In this document: piece by piece, positions 1 through 10,845 of the stretch
How the letters are laid out: each line of letters begins with the position of its first letter
How positions within the stretch are numbered: the first letter of the stretch is position 1
NCBI GenBank assembly: GCA_023268715.1
Contig: JALRLV010000007.1
Location: 19,939 to 83,938, forward strand
Source of the DNA: Candidatus Thalassarchaeaceae archaeon
GTDB lineage: Archaea > Thermoplasmatota > Poseidoniia > Poseidoniales > Thalassarchaeaceae
Direction: 5' to 3'
DNA: 64,000 bases
Notes under the pieces: model-generated
What the model was told of the DNA's origin: nothing
What the model saw: the letters and a program-made list of their open reading frames with translations, nothing else
Database searches by the model: none
Program-made: the position numbers and the translations under genes

Positions 1-1
1 T

Positions 2-205
2 GAAGGCGGAATTAGAATTGCAAAGGAATTATTGCCTAAGATTCTAATTACCGACCCTGCAGTTCAAGCCATTAAAGAAAAGGTAGAGTCTGAGGTAGAT
101 GATTTACCAGCTGGATGGCTTGCAAACAGAGTAGTGCGAGTAGTTCGATATAGCCGAGTGGCCGGTTCAAGTACCGCATTCAGACTAATCGTGGAGAGTG
201 CTTGA
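2..205 (+). CDS. rpoH: RNA polymerase subunit H (Rpo5), C-terminal fragment; 5' end lies outside the window
   Basis: Frame 2 reads ...LPKILITDPAVQAIKEKVESEVDDLPAGWLANRVVRVVRYSRVAGSSTAFRLIVESA*. This resembles the C-terminal half of archaeal subunit H. It sits immediately upstream of rpoB, as in the canonical rpoH-B-A'-A'' operon. Confidence 0.75.
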   Translation, partial: EGGIRIAKELLPKILITDPAVQAIKEKVESEVDDLPAGWLANRVVRVVRYSRVAGSSTAFRLIVESA

Positions 206-217
206 GGAGTTGATAAG

Positions 218-3200
218 ATGAAGGAAATCGTAGAGAGTTATTTTCAGCAAAGAAGCTTGGTCAATCACCAATTAGCATCCTATAACGATTGTATTCCATC
301 TACTGATGGTAAATTAAGCCGAATGGAAAACATCGTTAGAAATATACGCATTGGAACTGACGAGCCAGTAGAAGATGATGATGGTGGAATAATCAAACTG
401 GACGTTCTAGACAAGGAGATTGTCATCAGAATGAAGAATATTCATCTTGGCCGCCCTACAATCCGGGAAGCAAATGGCGCAGAACATCCTGCAACCCCAT
501 TAGAATGCAGGCTAAGAAAACTAACATATTTCTCACCAGTACACTTAGATTTCCAAATTATCCGAGATGACAAACCAACTCCGGATATAGAAGAGAGGGT
601 ACACATTGGTAACCTTCCAATTATGGTTCGTTCTGCTCAGTGTAATCTTCACGCTAACCATATCTCTCACCTGTGTGCTGATGATGATAGAAAGTTATCA
701 CCTCACACTTCTACAGAGGATGCTGAGAGATTAACCGAGTTACTGCGAAGAGCGGGAGAAGACCCTCTAGATCCTGGTGGCTACTTCATTATTAACGGTA
801 CAGAAAGAGTACTGATCTCGATGGAAGATCTAGCGCCAAACCGAGTCACTGTTGAGAAGAATAAGAAATATGCTCACGAAACAGAAGTTGCAAAGATTTT
901 CTCACAGAAAGATGGAGTTAGAAAGCCGCTGAACATAGAAAAGCGCCGTGATGGTATGCTTATGGTTAAGATTCCAAGTGCAGGAACAACTCCAATCCCA
1001 GTGGTTCTGCTAATGCGTTCTCTCGGTATGGAGAACGATAAGGAAATTTTCACTGCAATCGCTGGTCCTGCTGAAGCGATGAAGTACACTGTTGCTAATC
1101 TAAACGATGTCAAAGACAACGAAGAGTACAATGTAGAGACCTCCGAGGAAGCCCTTCAATGGTTAGAGAAGAAATTCGCCGCTGGTCAACAGAAGGAATA
1201 TCGAGAAGCCAGAATTCAGAATTTGTTGGACAAGGAACTACTTCCTCACCTTGGTTCAGGCCCCGAACACCGAGAGAAGAAAGCAATATTCCTCGGCCGA
1301 ATTGTACGCCAAGTCCTTGAAATGGCGATTACAGACCAAGACCCTAACGATAAGGACCATTACGCTAACAAGAGAGTTAGATTAGCAGGTGACTTAGTCG
1401 AAGACTTATTCCGAGTAAGCCTTCAACAACTTGCACGTGATCTAAAGTATCAATTAGAGCGCCATCATAATAGAAAGCGTGAACTACGGATCAACGCTTG
1501 TTTGCGACCTGATGTTCTAACTCAGAAAATAATGCACGCTTTGGCAACTGGAAATTGGGTTGGCGGACGTAGCGGTGTCAGTCAACTTCTGGACAGGACT
1601 ACCTATCTTGCCGCTTTGTCGCACATGCGCAGAGTAACTAGCCCCTTGGTTCGCAGCCAACCTCACTTCGAAGCTCGAGATCTGCACCCTACTCAATGGG
1701 GTAGGCTCTGCCCTAACGAAACTCCGGAAGGACAGAATTGCGGACTTGTAAAGAACGCCTCTCAAATGATTGACGTCTCCGAAGAAGTTCACGAAAACGA
1801 GGTAAAACAACTCCTAAGTGAAGCAGGAGTTGATTCTTCACCTTCCGGATGGGCCGAAGGATTCCGCGTACACGTTAATGGAGACATTTTCGGATTGCAC
1901 AAAAACGCCACTAAGTTGGTTAATCAATTCAAGCGTCGAAGGCGGCAGGGAAGAATCCGTCCGGAGGTAAGTATACGATTTGATGGAGCAAATAGAGATA
2001 TTTTCATTAATACCGACAGAGGTCGAATACTAAGGCCTCTTTTGGTTCTCGAAGATGGTGATTTGGTACTGTCCAAAGACCATCTTGACTTGATAAAATC
2101 CGGAGAATGGACGTTTGCTGATCTAGTATCAAACGGGGTAGTTGAATGGGTGGATGCTGAAGAAGAGGAAGACCTCCTTATTGCACCTCGACCGTTTGAC
2201 TTACCTATGGTTTCCCCTAAGCACGGTCGCCCAATAAATCCGGCTTCAGTAGAATGGGTAAACCTTGGTAAATCTCAAATCAAGAAAGCAGAGCTGCGTG
2301 TAGAAGTAAAAATGCCCAACGGGGATTCCGAGATAGAGAATTTCAGTGTGCCACTAAACTACCATCAAAAGGATCTTGAGGCTATTCTACGGAAGCAGAA
2401 GAGGCAAAACACAGTTCTCGCCTATACTCATGTCGAGATAGACCCTCAACTAATTCTAGGTGTATGTGCCTCACTAGTGCCTTATCCAGAGCACAACTCT
2501 ACTCCGAGAGTTACCGGCGGTACAGCAATGGTGAAGCAAAGCCTTGGTCTGCCAAGCGCAAACTACCGGCTAAGGCCTGATACACGCATGCACGTGATGC
2601 ATTATCCTCAGCAATCAATAGTTGGAACACGCTCCATGAAGACTACTAATTTCGCTCAAAGACCGGGCGGACAAAATTTCGTTGTGGCAATTTTGAGCCA
2701 TCATGGATACAACATGCAAGACGCTGTGGTAATGAATAGAGCAGCAGTCGAAAGATCGCTAGCCCGCTCATCATTCATTCGCACATATAATGCTGAGAAC
2801 AAACAATTCCCAGGTGGTCAAAAAGAGCAAATTGAAGTCCCTGGCACTGGTCTAGACGAGGTAAAGGGGCTCAAGTCTTGGGAAAGCTACACTCATCTGG
2901 AAAGGGATGGTCTTCCGACTCCTGAAACTCACTTGTCAAGCGTAGGAGCAGACAGCGGGGTCTTAGTAGGAAAGACAAGTCCTCCAAGATTCCTTGAAGA
3001 ATCACACGGGCATTTCCTACAAGCTCAGGAACGGCGAGAATCATCTATGATGGTTCGAAATGGTGAATCTGGATGGGTAGACAATGTATTCGTTACAGAA
3101 TCACTTGATTCAGGACTTCTATGCCGCATTACTTTGAGGACTGAAAAGGTACCAGAACTAGGAGATAAATTTGCGAGTCGACACGGTCAGAAGGGTGTAA

Positions 3201-3904
3201 TTGGCAGGCTAGTGGATGAGAAGGATATGCCATTCACTGTCGACGGTATCGTTCCCGACCTTATCATAAATCCTCACGCTATTCCATCCAGAATGACAGT
3301 AGCACACGTTCTTGAGATGATTGGCGGAAAGGTTGGTTCCATGGAAGGCCGACAGATTGACGGAACAGCGTTTAGCGGAGAAAAGGAAGAATCTCTTCGC
3401 TCTGGACTACTCAGAAATGGTTTCGCGCACACAGGAAGAGAACCGATGATTAGCGGTGAAACCGGAGAAGCCTTCCAAGCAGAAATTTTCACTGGAGTAA
3501 TTTTCTATCAACGCCTACACCACTTAGTTAGCAGCAAACTGCACGCCCGAAGCCGTGGTCGAGTACAAATCTTGACTCGACAGCCAACAGAGGGAAGAGC
3601 CCGACAAGGTGGTCTGAGGTTCGGAGAAATGGAGAGAGATTGTCTAATTGCCCACGGTGCTTCGATGGTAATCAAGGATAGATTGCTCGATGAATCGGAT
3701 GGTTGGCCACTGATGGTTTGTAACAACAGTGGCTGTGGACATATCGCATATTATGATTGGAAGAGGAGAACACCGGTTTGCCCTGTATGTGGGGATCGAG
3801 CAGATGTTCATTCAGTACAAACATCCTACGCTTTCAAGCTACTTTTGGACGAAATGAAGAGTCTTGGAGTGGCTATGCGCCTTGAATTGGAGGACCGAAG
3901 ATGA
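218..3904 (+). CDS. rpoB: DNA-directed RNA polymerase subunit B (unsplit Rpo2), 1228 aa
   Basis: ATG preceded by GAGGAG. Hallmark motifs present: GGYFIINGTERV, TPEGQNCGLVKN, GDKFASRHGQKGV and a C-terminal Zn ribbon (CNNSGCGH...CPVCG). ATGA overlap with the next gene. Confidence 0.97.
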   Translation: MKEIVESYFQQRSLVNHQLASYNDCIPSTDGKLSRMENIVRNIRIGTDEPVEDDDGGIIKLDVLDKEIVIRMKNIHLGRPTIREANGAEHPATPLECRLRKLTYFSPVHLDFQIIRDDKPTPDIEERVHIGNLPIMVRSAQCNLHANHISHLCADDDRKLSPHTSTEDAERLTELLRRAGEDPLDPGGYFIINGTERVLISMEDLAPNRVTVEKNKKYAHETEVAKIFSQKDGVRKPLNIEKRRDGMLMVKIPSAGTTPIPVVLLMRSLGMENDKEIFTAIAGPAEAMKYTVANLNDVKDNEEYNVETSEEALQWLEKKFAAGQQKEYREARIQNLLDKELLPHLGSGPEHREKKAIFLGRIVRQVLEMAITDQDPNDKDHYANKRVRLAGDLVEDLFRVSLQQLARDLKYQLERHHNRKRELRINACLRPDVLTQKIMHALATGNWVGGRSGVSQLLDRTTYLAALSHMRRVTSPLVRSQPHFEARDLHPTQWGRLCPNETPEGQNCGLVKNASQMIDVSEEVHENEVKQLLSEAGVDSSPSGWAEGFRVHVNGDIFGLHKNATKLVNQFKRRRRQGRIRPEVSIRFDGANRDIFINTDRGRILRPLLVLEDGDLVLSKDHLDLIKSGEWTFADLVSNGVVEWVDAEEEEDLLIAPRPFDLPMVSPKHGRPINPASVEWVNLGKSQIKKAELRVEVKMPNGDSEIENFSVPLNYHQKDLEAILRKQKRQNTVLAYTHVEIDPQLILGVCASLVPYPEHNSTPRVTGGTAMVKQSLGLPSANYRLRPDTRMHVMHYPQQSIVGTRSMKTTNFAQRPGGQNFVVAILSHHGYNMQDAVVMNRAAVERSLARSSFIRTYNAENKQFPGGQKEQIEVPGTGLDEVKGLKSWESYTHLERDGLPTPETHLSSVGADSGVLVGKTSPPRFLEESHGHFLQAQERRESSMMVRNGESGWVDNVFVTESLDSGLLCRITLRTEKVPELGDKFASRHGQKGVIGRLVDEKDMPFTVDGIVPDLIINPHAIPSRMTVAHVLEMIGGKVGSMEGRQIDGTAFSGEKEESLRSGLLRNGFAHTGREPMISGETGEAFQAEIFTGVIFYQRLHHLVSSKLHARSRGRVQILTRQPTEGRARQGGLRFGEMERDCLIAHGASMVIKDRLLDESDGWPLMVCNNSGCGHIAYYDWKRRTPVCPVCGDRADVHSVQTSYAFKLLLDEMKSLGVAMRLELEDRR

Positions 3905-6900
3905 GTGCCCGTGGAGTAGCAAAAATCCCAAAGAGGATAGATTCGATTAAGTTCAGCCTAATGGATCCAAACGAGATTCGAAAGATGTCGGCTGTCGAAG
4001 TAAAAACAGCAGACACCTACAAGGATGATGGACACGCATTTAAGCAAGGATTGATGGATCAAAAAATGGGAGTGATTGACCCCGGGATTCGCTGTGAGAC
4101 GTGTGGAAACAAGCACGACGAGTGCCCAAGTCATTTCGGACACATCGCGCTTGAGCTACCGGTTATGCACATTGGATTCACTGCCCTTATCAAGACGGCT
4201 TTGAAGTGTACTTGTAATGAATGCAGCCAAATTCTACTGCACAGTGCTTCAGACACGCACCCTCTTGACCCAGAAAAGTCCGAACAAGATTACTACCGTG
4301 ACCGTGTTCATGATGTGATGCGAAAGCACGGCGTAGGTTCGACAGAATTCAAGAAAATCATCAAGGAAATCGAGAAGGAGTGTTCCAGCGCTAAGCGTGC
4401 AATTTGCATGCATTGTGGTTCGGAACAAGGTAAGATCCTCTTGGACAAGCCTTCTACTTTCAAGGAGAAGAAAGCGGACAAAGGAGAACACAAACTCAAT
4501 GCAAGAGATATTCGGGAATGGCTAGAAAAGATTCCTGATCAGCACTTGATATTCCTTGGAATGGATAGCGATTCCAGTAGACCTGAATGGTCGATAATGA
4601 AGGTTCTTCCAGTACCACCTATAACCGTACGACCATCTATTACTCTAGATAGCGGAGATCGCTCTGAAGATGACCTCACACACAAATTGGTAGACGTCCT
4701 CAGAATCAACCAACGACTACGAGAAAACCGAGACGCTGGAGCGCCGCAGTTAATCGTTGAAGATCTATGGGAATTATTGCAATACCACGTTACAACATAT
4801 TTCGATAATCAGACAAGCGGTATTCCACCAGCAAGGCACCGGTCTGGCAGGCCTCTGAAGACTCTTTCACAACGCCTCAAGGGTAAGGAAGGAAGATTCC
4901 GAAGCAATCTTTCCGGAAAGCGTGTTAACTTCTGTGCCCGAACAGTAATCAGCCCCGATCCAAATCTTGGAATCAACGAGGTTGGCGTACCTGTGCAAAC
5001 TGCTAAGGAATTGACCGTTCCAATCCGTGCAACCAGCAGGAACAGGGAACAATTACGAAGGATGATTATGCGTGGCCCGGACGTCCATCCTGGTGTTAAC
5101 TACATCATCAGAGGAGATAGTTTCAGAGTCAGAATTACTGATAGAACAAAATTCATCTGGGCTGGATTCAGATGTTTGAACCCAGATTGTCACAGTGGAA
5201 GTGAGGATGAACCCTACTCGGGATATAGGCCGGACCTAAACACAGTACTTCCAGCGCCTAACTTCCTTCCTGGGCTTGAACTAAGGAAGCAGATGCGAAG
5301 GAATGAATTGGGGGACCTCGAGGATGTTTGGTCAGTAGATCTTGAAACAACAATTTCCAACCTGCGTGGTGAAGACGAAAATGGTCGACCACTCGCGGAA
5401 GACGATCCTCGAGCAATTATCCACAATCGATGGGTATGGGAGCAGAGTAATCCTGATGAGTACCTGCCAGAGCATCTTGAAGTCAACTGTCCACACTGTG
5501 GTAGCCCTTCAGTGGAGGATGAATATGGAGAGGTTTACAGAACTGAAGTTGAGGACAGACTTTCTACTTACGATAGGGACGGTAATCCTCGACCAGGTGT
5601 TATTGTTGAAAGACACCTTATCGACGGGGACGTAGCAATCTTCAATCGGCAGCCTTCACTTCACAGGATGTCTATGCTAGTTCACGAAATTCGAGTAATG
5701 CAAGGCAAGACATTCCGTTTCAATCTAGCAGATTGTACACCTTACAATGCCGATTTTGACGGTGATGAAATGAATCTACACGTCATACAATCTGAAGAGG
5801 CAAGGGCCGAAGCGAAGATTTTGATGAGAGTTCAGGAACACATCATTACTCCAAGATACGGTGGTTCGGTTATTGGAGGAATACATGACCATATTTCAGG
5901 AGCTTATCTTCTAACTCATGGCGAGAGAGTTCTACCTAAGGAACTGGCTATGGAAGTATTGGGTTCAGTAGGCTGGGATGGAGAAATGCCAGAAGAAGTC
6001 ACCACTAAGGAGGGGGTCGTAGGGTACAGAGGCGCTGATCTACTCAGCCTTATTGTCCCTGCAGGATTCAAATTAAACTACACAAGCAGAAGTGGAGACG
6101 AAGTAAATGTCACCTCTACTGGTATTGTCAGTGGTACTATCGACAAGCGCGGAATCGGTGCTGAAGATGGTAGGTTACTTGATGCTGTAGTTCAGACTCA
6201 CGGTACTAACCGTGGCGCTGAATTCCTAAACCGTATGACAAAGATGACAATTGCAATTTGTACATCTCTTGGATTTACCACTGGAATCGATGACGAAGAC
6301 TTGCCCCTAGCGGCAATTAAGGAAATCTCTGAAATCAACGTCCGAGCTAGTGACGAAGTAGACGCTGAATTAGACAAGTTTGGGAAAAATGGACGAGGAT
6401 ATGAGACTCGACCTGGAAGAACTCCAATCGAGACACTTGAAGAGAACATACTCCAAATTCTAGATTCCGCAAAAGCAGAATCCGGTAATGTTGCTAAGTC
6501 GTACCTTGGAGAGGATAACTCTGCCGTTATAATGGCTACATCAGGTGCTCGAGGTTCCATGGATAACCTTGCGATGATGGCTGGTTCGATCGGACAACCA
6601 AAGGTCCGTGGAAAGCGACTAGAGCGAGGCTACCAAGACAGAGTACTCTCCCACTTCCCTAGAGGAGTCAAAGGAGCTGAAGAAAAGGGATTCGTATCCT
6701 CTTCATTTAAGCAAGGACTTCAGCCAACTGAGTTCTTCATGCTATCAGTATCTGGTCGAGAGTCCCTAGTCGATACAGCGGTTCGTACCTCTAAGTCAGG
6801 ATACATGCAACGCCGTCTAATCAACGCAATGGACGACCTTAAGGTGTCGGAAGATGGAAACGGCTCTGTTCGAAATACTGCCGATAGGATTATTCAATTC

Positions 6901-6999
6901 GAGTATGGTGAAGATGGAATAGACCCGGCTAGAAGTCGAAAGGGTATGCCATTCGACATCACCAAGGTTCTCGATGATGCTCTAGGAGGTGATGAGTGA
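3901..6999 (+). CDS. rpoA1: DNA-directed RNA polymerase subunit A' (Rpo1N), 1032 aa
   Basis: N-terminal Zn motifs ([17 protein letters not shown]), [11 protein letters not shown] and the catalytic [10 protein letters not shown]. The stop overlaps the rpoA2 start. Confidence 0.97.
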   Translation: MSARGVAKIPKRIDSIKFSLMDPNEIRKMSAVEVKTADTYKDDGHAFKQGLMDQKMGVIDPGIRCETCGNKHDECPSHFGHIALELPVMHIGFTALIKTALKCTCNECSQILLHSASDTHPLDPEKSEQDYYRDRVHDVMRKHGVGSTEFKKIIKEIEKECSSAKRAICMHCGSEQGKILLDKPSTFKEKKADKGEHKLNARDIREWLEKIPDQHLIFLGMDSDSSRPEWSIMKVLPVPPITVRPSITLDSGDRSEDDLTHKLVDVLRINQRLRENRDAGAPQLIVEDLWELLQYHVTTYFDNQTSGIPPARHRSGRPLKTLSQRLKGKEGRFRSNLSGKRVNFCARTVISPDPNLGINEVGVPVQTAKELTVPIRATSRNREQLRRMIMRGPDVHPGVNYIIRGDSFRVRITDRTKFIWAGFRCLNPDCHSGSEDEPYSGYRPDLNTVLPAPNFLPGLELRKQMRRNELGDLEDVWSVDLETTISNLRGEDENGRPLAEDDPRAIIHNRWVWEQSNPDEYLPEHLEVNCPHCGSPSVEDEYGEVYRTEVEDRLSTYDRDGNPRPGVIVERHLIDGDVAIFNRQPSLHRMSMLVHEIRVMQGKTFRFNLADCTPYNADFDGDEMNLHVIQSEEARAEAKILMRVQEHIITPRYGGSVIGGIHDHISGAYLLTHGERVLPKELAMEVLGSVGWDGEMPEEVTTKEGVVGYRGADLLSLIVPAGFKLNYTSRSGDEVNVTSTGIVSGTIDKRGIGAEDGRLLDAVVQTHGTNRGAEFLNRMTKMTIAICTSLGFTTGIDDEDLPLAAIKEISEINVRASDEVDAELDKFGKNGRGYETRPGRTPIETLEENILQILDSAKAESGNVAKSYLGEDNSAVIMATSGARGSMDNLAMMAGSIGQPKVRGKRLERGYQDRVLSHFPRGVKGAEEKGFVSSSFKQGLQPTEFFMLSVSGRESLVDTAVRTSKSGYMQRRLINAMDDLKVSEDGNGSVRNTADRIIQFEYGEDGIDPARSRKGMPFDITKVLDDALGGDE

Positions 7000-8576
7000 T
7001 GGTGGTCAAGAGTGCAACCAAGAAGAAGCTGATGGATCTCGGAATCGCAGAGGAATATGCTCACCGCCTCGCCGATGACCGCAAGTGGGATGACGTGAAG
7101 GTGCTTACAGCGGGGGAAATCGCACAAATTTGCGCTACTGATTCTGGAATGGCACAGAATATATCCGAAGTCATTCAAGGCTCTACTAAGGCGGCTCAAA
7201 AGGAAAAGGTAGCTGAGAAGACTTTGATTCGACGCCGAGTTACTACAAGACGCAGAAAGAAGAGCGTTCTTCCTCTGCAAGAATATGACTCGGGAGACAA
7301 GATGCGTCAAATCCACCGAGATTTAGATATTGAGAACCCAATGTTCACCAGTCTATCAGACGCAGCCGCAAAGGAAAATATTCGAATTACACCTAAGACT
7401 ATCAATGATTTAGTCAATGGTTTACTGTCCAGAGGCAAGAAGAAACTTACTGCAGCGGAAGCACGCAAGGTCGTAACTTGTGCCGCATCCGAAATGGAAA
7501 TGTCAAGGGTCGATCCCCACGAGGCCGTAGGGATAACCACAGCTCAATCAATTGGAGAGCCTGGGACTCAGATGACAATGCGTACTTTCCACTATGCTGG
7601 GGTTGCTACGGTTAACGTAACCCAGGGTCTACCAAGAGTAATCGAAATTGTTGATGCTAGGAAGGTGCCAAAAACACCGACAATGCTTGTTTATCTCGAT
7701 GAGAATGATTCCAAAGGTAAACCTCTGCGAACCAATGAAAAGAAGGTTCAAGCGATTGCGGCTTCAATTGAAACAACCACGACTAGAGACATCGCATCCA
7801 TCGATGTGGATGTTGCTCAAAGGCACCTTAATTTGGATTTAAACGCCTCAAACCTACGTTTGAAGAAAATGACCGGCGCTGAGGTTAGAGATAAACTACA
7901 AAGAGCTCTTCGGCTATACATTCAGGCTGATAATGAAGACAAGCCTAAGGTCCTCAAGGTAATTCCTGGAGTTACCAAAGAAGATGATTTAGCAACATTG
8001 GCAAATGATCCTCCAACATATACCGCATTACTGCAACTTGAAGACAAAGTCAAGAAACTTAGATTGAAGGGACTGCCAGATATTGTTCGAGCAAATGTAC
8101 AGGGTCCAAACAAGGATACCGGCGAGTATTACATCGCCACAATCGGCTCAAATCTAGCAAAGGTCAGTGAATTTGCAGGTGTTGACAGAGGCAGAACCTA
8201 CACTAACAATATCAATGAAATTTACCAATATCTAGGAGTGGAAGCGGCAAGGCAAGCAATCGTCAATGAAATGAAAGATACTCTTGAAGGAGCAGGTTTG
8301 GAGGTCGACACTAGACACCTAATCACTGTGGCTGACGTGATGACTAGCGAAGGTGAAGTTCGTGCGATTGGACGACACGGAGTTAGCGGTACGAAACACA
8401 GTATTCTAGCAAGGTCAGCCTTCGAAGTCTCTGTTAACCACTTACTTCGTGCTGGTGTGATTGGTGAAAGAGACCACCTAAGAGGAGTAACTGAGAATAT
8501 TATCGTTGGTCAACCAGTAGCCCTTGGAACAGGTAGTGTAGATTTGTACTACATACCTGAAGAGGCAGATGCTTGA
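6999..8576 (+). CDS. rpoA2: DNA-directed RNA polymerase subunit A'' (Rpo1C) with a long N-terminal extension
   Basis: [21 protein letters not shown] and [12 protein letters not shown] motifs. ATG 6999 is preceded by AGGAGGTGA 6-7 nt upstream; the track lists GTG 6996. Confidence 0.95.
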   Translation: MVVKSATKKKLMDLGIAEEYAHRLADDRKWDDVKVLTAGEIAQICATDSGMAQNISEVIQGSTKAAQKEKVAEKTLIRRRVTTRRRKKSVLPLQEYDSGDKMRQIHRDLDIENPMFTSLSDAAAKENIRITPKTINDLVNGLLSRGKKKLTAAEARKVVTCAASEMEMSRVDPHEAVGITTAQSIGEPGTQMTMRTFHYAGVATVNVTQGLPRVIEIVDARKVPKTPTMLVYLDENDSKGKPLRTNEKKVQAIAASIETTTTRDIASIDVDVAQRHLNLDLNASNLRLKKMTGAEVRDKLQRALRLYIQADNEDKPKVLKVIPGVTKEDDLATLANDPPTYTALLQLEDKVKKLRLKGLPDIVRANVQGPNKDTGEYYIATIGSNLAKVSEFAGVDRGRTYTNNINEIYQYLGVEAARQAIVNEMKDTLEGAGLEVDTRHLITVADVMTSEGEVRAIGRHGVSGTKHSILARSAFEVSVNHLLRAGVIGERDHLRGVTENIIVGQPVALGTGSVDLYYIPEEADA

Positions 8577-8589
8577 TGGAGGAATTCTA

Positions 8590-8886
8590 ATGGATCTAGC
8601 AAGACAACTAAAACAAGGAATAAGCACAGGAAATGTACTATTTGGTCAACGCCAAACGACAAGTGCATGCAATAAAGGAGATGCCAGATTGGTATTGGTT
8701 GCGGCAAACTGTCCGGAGGATTATATATCCAGTTTGACAACCAGCCATCCTGATATCCCAGTTCATAGGGTTACGATGGTAAACAGGCAGTTGGGGGCGG
8801 CTTGTGCCAAACCATTCCCAGTTAGTGCATTATGTGTTATAGACCCGGGTCAGTCAGACTTACTAACCCTAAGCACAAATCTTTGA
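8590..8886 (+). CDS. rpl30e: 50S ribosomal protein L30e
   Basis: LARQLKQGISTGNVLFGQRQT...ARLVLVAANCPEDY...GAACAKPFPVSALCVIDPGQSD is typical L30e. It follows rpoA'' as in other archaea. ATG 8590 has GGAGGA upstream; ATG 8569 is an alternative start. Confidence 0.85.
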   Translation: MDLARQLKQGISTGNVLFGQRQTTSACNKGDARLVLVAANCPEDYISSLTTSHPDIPVHRVTMVNRQLGAACAKPFPVSALCVIDPGQSDLLTLSTNL

Positions 8887-8971
8887 TGGCGTAGAATATT
8901 TACCCTTAATTTTCGCTGCTAATCATACTTTGTAGGGATTCCCTTCAAGGTATAAACGACTACCAGAAGAC

Positions 8972-9925
8972 ATGGATAACACCGTCGGGGATTTACTCAA
9001 TCTCCGCGGAGTTAGATTATCCAAGGCTAGTAGTGTAGTCGAAACTTTTGGTTTCCGATGCCTTGGAGTAGCCGAAAAAATTCCTGAATTAGAAGAGGAT
9101 ACAGGTTCTTCAGTACATGTGTGGCACGTGCCTAAAGCGATTCTTCCAGTAAGTGTCGCAGAAGCTGAAAGATGGCTTGTAGATGCTCCCAATGGCCCTC
9201 ATTGGATTTTGAGTGAAAGAGAATTTGAAGACCAGGCTAAGCGAATATTGTCTTCAAAATTGAAAATTGAACTTTGGAGTCCTGATGTCTTAAGCCGTTG
9301 GATTGGAGAAGCTGTTTTACGCGGAGATTTAGTAGCTAAAATCCCTCAAATAACCCATAATGAAGAAATTATTGAAGAATTTTTCGATGAAAATCCTCCG
9401 AATAAATTAGCCATTTTGCCTCCTATAATTGACCTTGATGAATGGTGTATACAAAGAGGAATAGACTATGTTGAAGCCAAACCAATACTTCTACAATCTC
9501 GTATATGGAGGATAAATGGTACATTAGTCAGTCCTGATGGAGAAAGGGAAGAGGGTAATTGGAGTGTATTAGAAGACCCATGGGCTATTCGTTTGGAGGC
9601 TCATGATTCAGATCAAGTTCTGAATAATCCTCCAAACCTAAGGTTAGTAATTGCCAAAGAAAATAAGTGGTTAACAGATGCTGATTTGAGAGTTATGTTA
9701 GTAGGGATTTTAGAGTCGAGAAGACAAAAACAAGAAGAATCAATTGAAGGAAGTTCGGTCAGAAGCACTATGTTAGAACGGTGGTCATTCGATTCAGATG
9801 GGGCGACACTAGAAGAAATCCCTTCAGCTATTCCCGGCTGGCTACTTGACCACGAGGGTGGTATTGAGTTACTTCATTCTAGGAATGGTCGAACTTATGA
9901 AATCAATTCCTCTGAAGAGCCATGA
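8972..9925 (+). CDS. hypothetical protein (317 aa), no recognisable family
   Basis: Long ORF with an ATG start, occupying the slot where nusA usually follows rpl30e. No KH or other motifs recognised. The 3' end overlaps the convergent coiled-coil gene by 23 nt. Confidence 0.5.
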   Translation: MDNTVGDLLNLRGVRLSKASSVVETFGFRCLGVAEKIPELEEDTGSSVHVWHVPKAILPVSVAEAERWLVDAPNGPHWILSEREFEDQAKRILSSKLKIELWSPDVLSRWIGEAVLRGDLVAKIPQITHNEEIIEEFFDENPPNKLAILPPIIDLDEWCIQRGIDYVEAKPILLQSRIWRINGTLVSPDGEREEGNWSVLEDPWAIRLEAHDSDQVLNNPPNLRLVIAKENKWLTDADLRVMLVGILESRRQKQEESIEGSSVRSTMLERWSFDSDGATLEEIPSAIPGWLLDHEGGIELLHSRNGRTYEINSSEEP

Positions 9926-10784
9926 TTTCGTCAGTAGATAATGTGTCACCAGACATTAGTCGTGTCATTAGATCGGCGACTTCGACTTGCTCGTCGTCCT
10001 CTGTATTACCACTTTCTCTAGTTTCCAGAGCCTTTAGTAAATCTTGCATGGAATGTATACACCTCAACGATACAATATATCTTCCATGAAGCGAATCTGC
10101 TTCTCTTTTAGCCCGAGTAACTCCTGACTGAGCAGAATTTGCCTTCTCTCGTAATCTATCGACCTCTTCAGATAATTCAGCCATCAAGTCATGGGCTTCT
10201 TGAGCGTCGATTACTGCCCGCTTCACCTTCTTGTGAGCGTCTTCTTGTTTCTTTTCTGCATCTCTAAGTTGAATCTTTAATTCTCTTATCCCACCGTCGG
10301 ATTTCTTTTCCTTTGCTTCTCTAAGTTCTTGATGCAATTTTTTCATTTTAGCGACGAATTCTTTTTCCTTTTTACCAAGGAATCGACCTTCGTTGTATTG
10401 CTTTTCCAATCGATCTATTTCTGTTCTAATTCTTCCTGGTGAACGAGTTTTATCGTGTTTCTCTTGTCTTTCTTCTTGAGAGCCATTTTCGGCAATTTTC
10501 TCCCTAAAATCAGTCCTAATTACCCTTAGTACCTCGGTCCTTTCAGCCCTTATTTCTTTTAATTCTCTAACGGTTTGGTTTGCATCATCCCGTAGCGTTT
10601 TTTGATTCTGCACCTCTGTGATTAATTCCTTAACTTGCCGATTTAAGTCATTACGTTCGTCGAGTAATTTACGGACTTTTGAATTCCATTGGTCCCTTTC
10701 TTCCCTATTGTAGGATATCTGATCTTGAATATCGTCACAGAGTGGTTGAAGAATACCGCGAATTTCCCCGCTTTCCATCTTCAT
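9903..10784 (-). CDS. coiled-coil protein, COG1340-like uncharacterised archaeal family (paralog 1, 293 aa)
   Basis: Almost entirely heptad-rich charged sequence (RDQWNSKVRKLLDERNDLNRQVKEL...). It has a central IRTEIDRLEKQY...KEKEFVAKMKKL motif and a C-terminal ...LMSGDTLSTDEIMALQ. The layout is as recalled for COG1340 proteins. Confidence 0.7.
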   Translation of the reverse strand: MKMESGEIRGILQPLCDDIQDQISYNREERDQWNSKVRKLLDERNDLNRQVKELITEVQNQKTLRDDANQTVRELKEIRAERTEVLRVIRTDFREKIAENGSQEERQEKHDKTRSPGRIRTEIDRLEKQYNEGRFLGKKEKEFVAKMKKLHQELREAKEKKSDGGIRELKIQLRDAEKKQEDAHKKVKRAVIDAQEAHDLMAELSEEVDRLREKANSAQSGVTRAKREADSLHGRYIVSLRCIHSMQDLLKALETRESGNTEDDEQVEVADLMTRLMSGDTLSTDEIMALQRN

Positions 10785-10845
10785 GCAATCATGCCCCTTG
10801 AATTAACGTCCTAAGGTTACCATATAAGTCCATTTGAGGTTTTTT

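Noticed and set aside
5173-5470. Possible mini-intein inside the RpoA' insertion (starts RCLNPD..., contains IIHN)
   Set aside because: The span from the Cys to HN is only about 87 aa, below mini-intein size. The residue after HN is Arg rather than Cys/Ser/Thr. No other intein blocks are visible. It is better explained as a lineage-specific insertion.
874-7540. Numerous 60-140 aa antisense or out-of-frame ORFs inside rpoB/rpoA'/rpoA'' (and similarly inside other long genes throughout the track)
   Set aside because: All are nested within confidently identified genes, lack recognisable motifs and have skewed Ser/Leu/Arg-rich composition typical of shadow ORFs.
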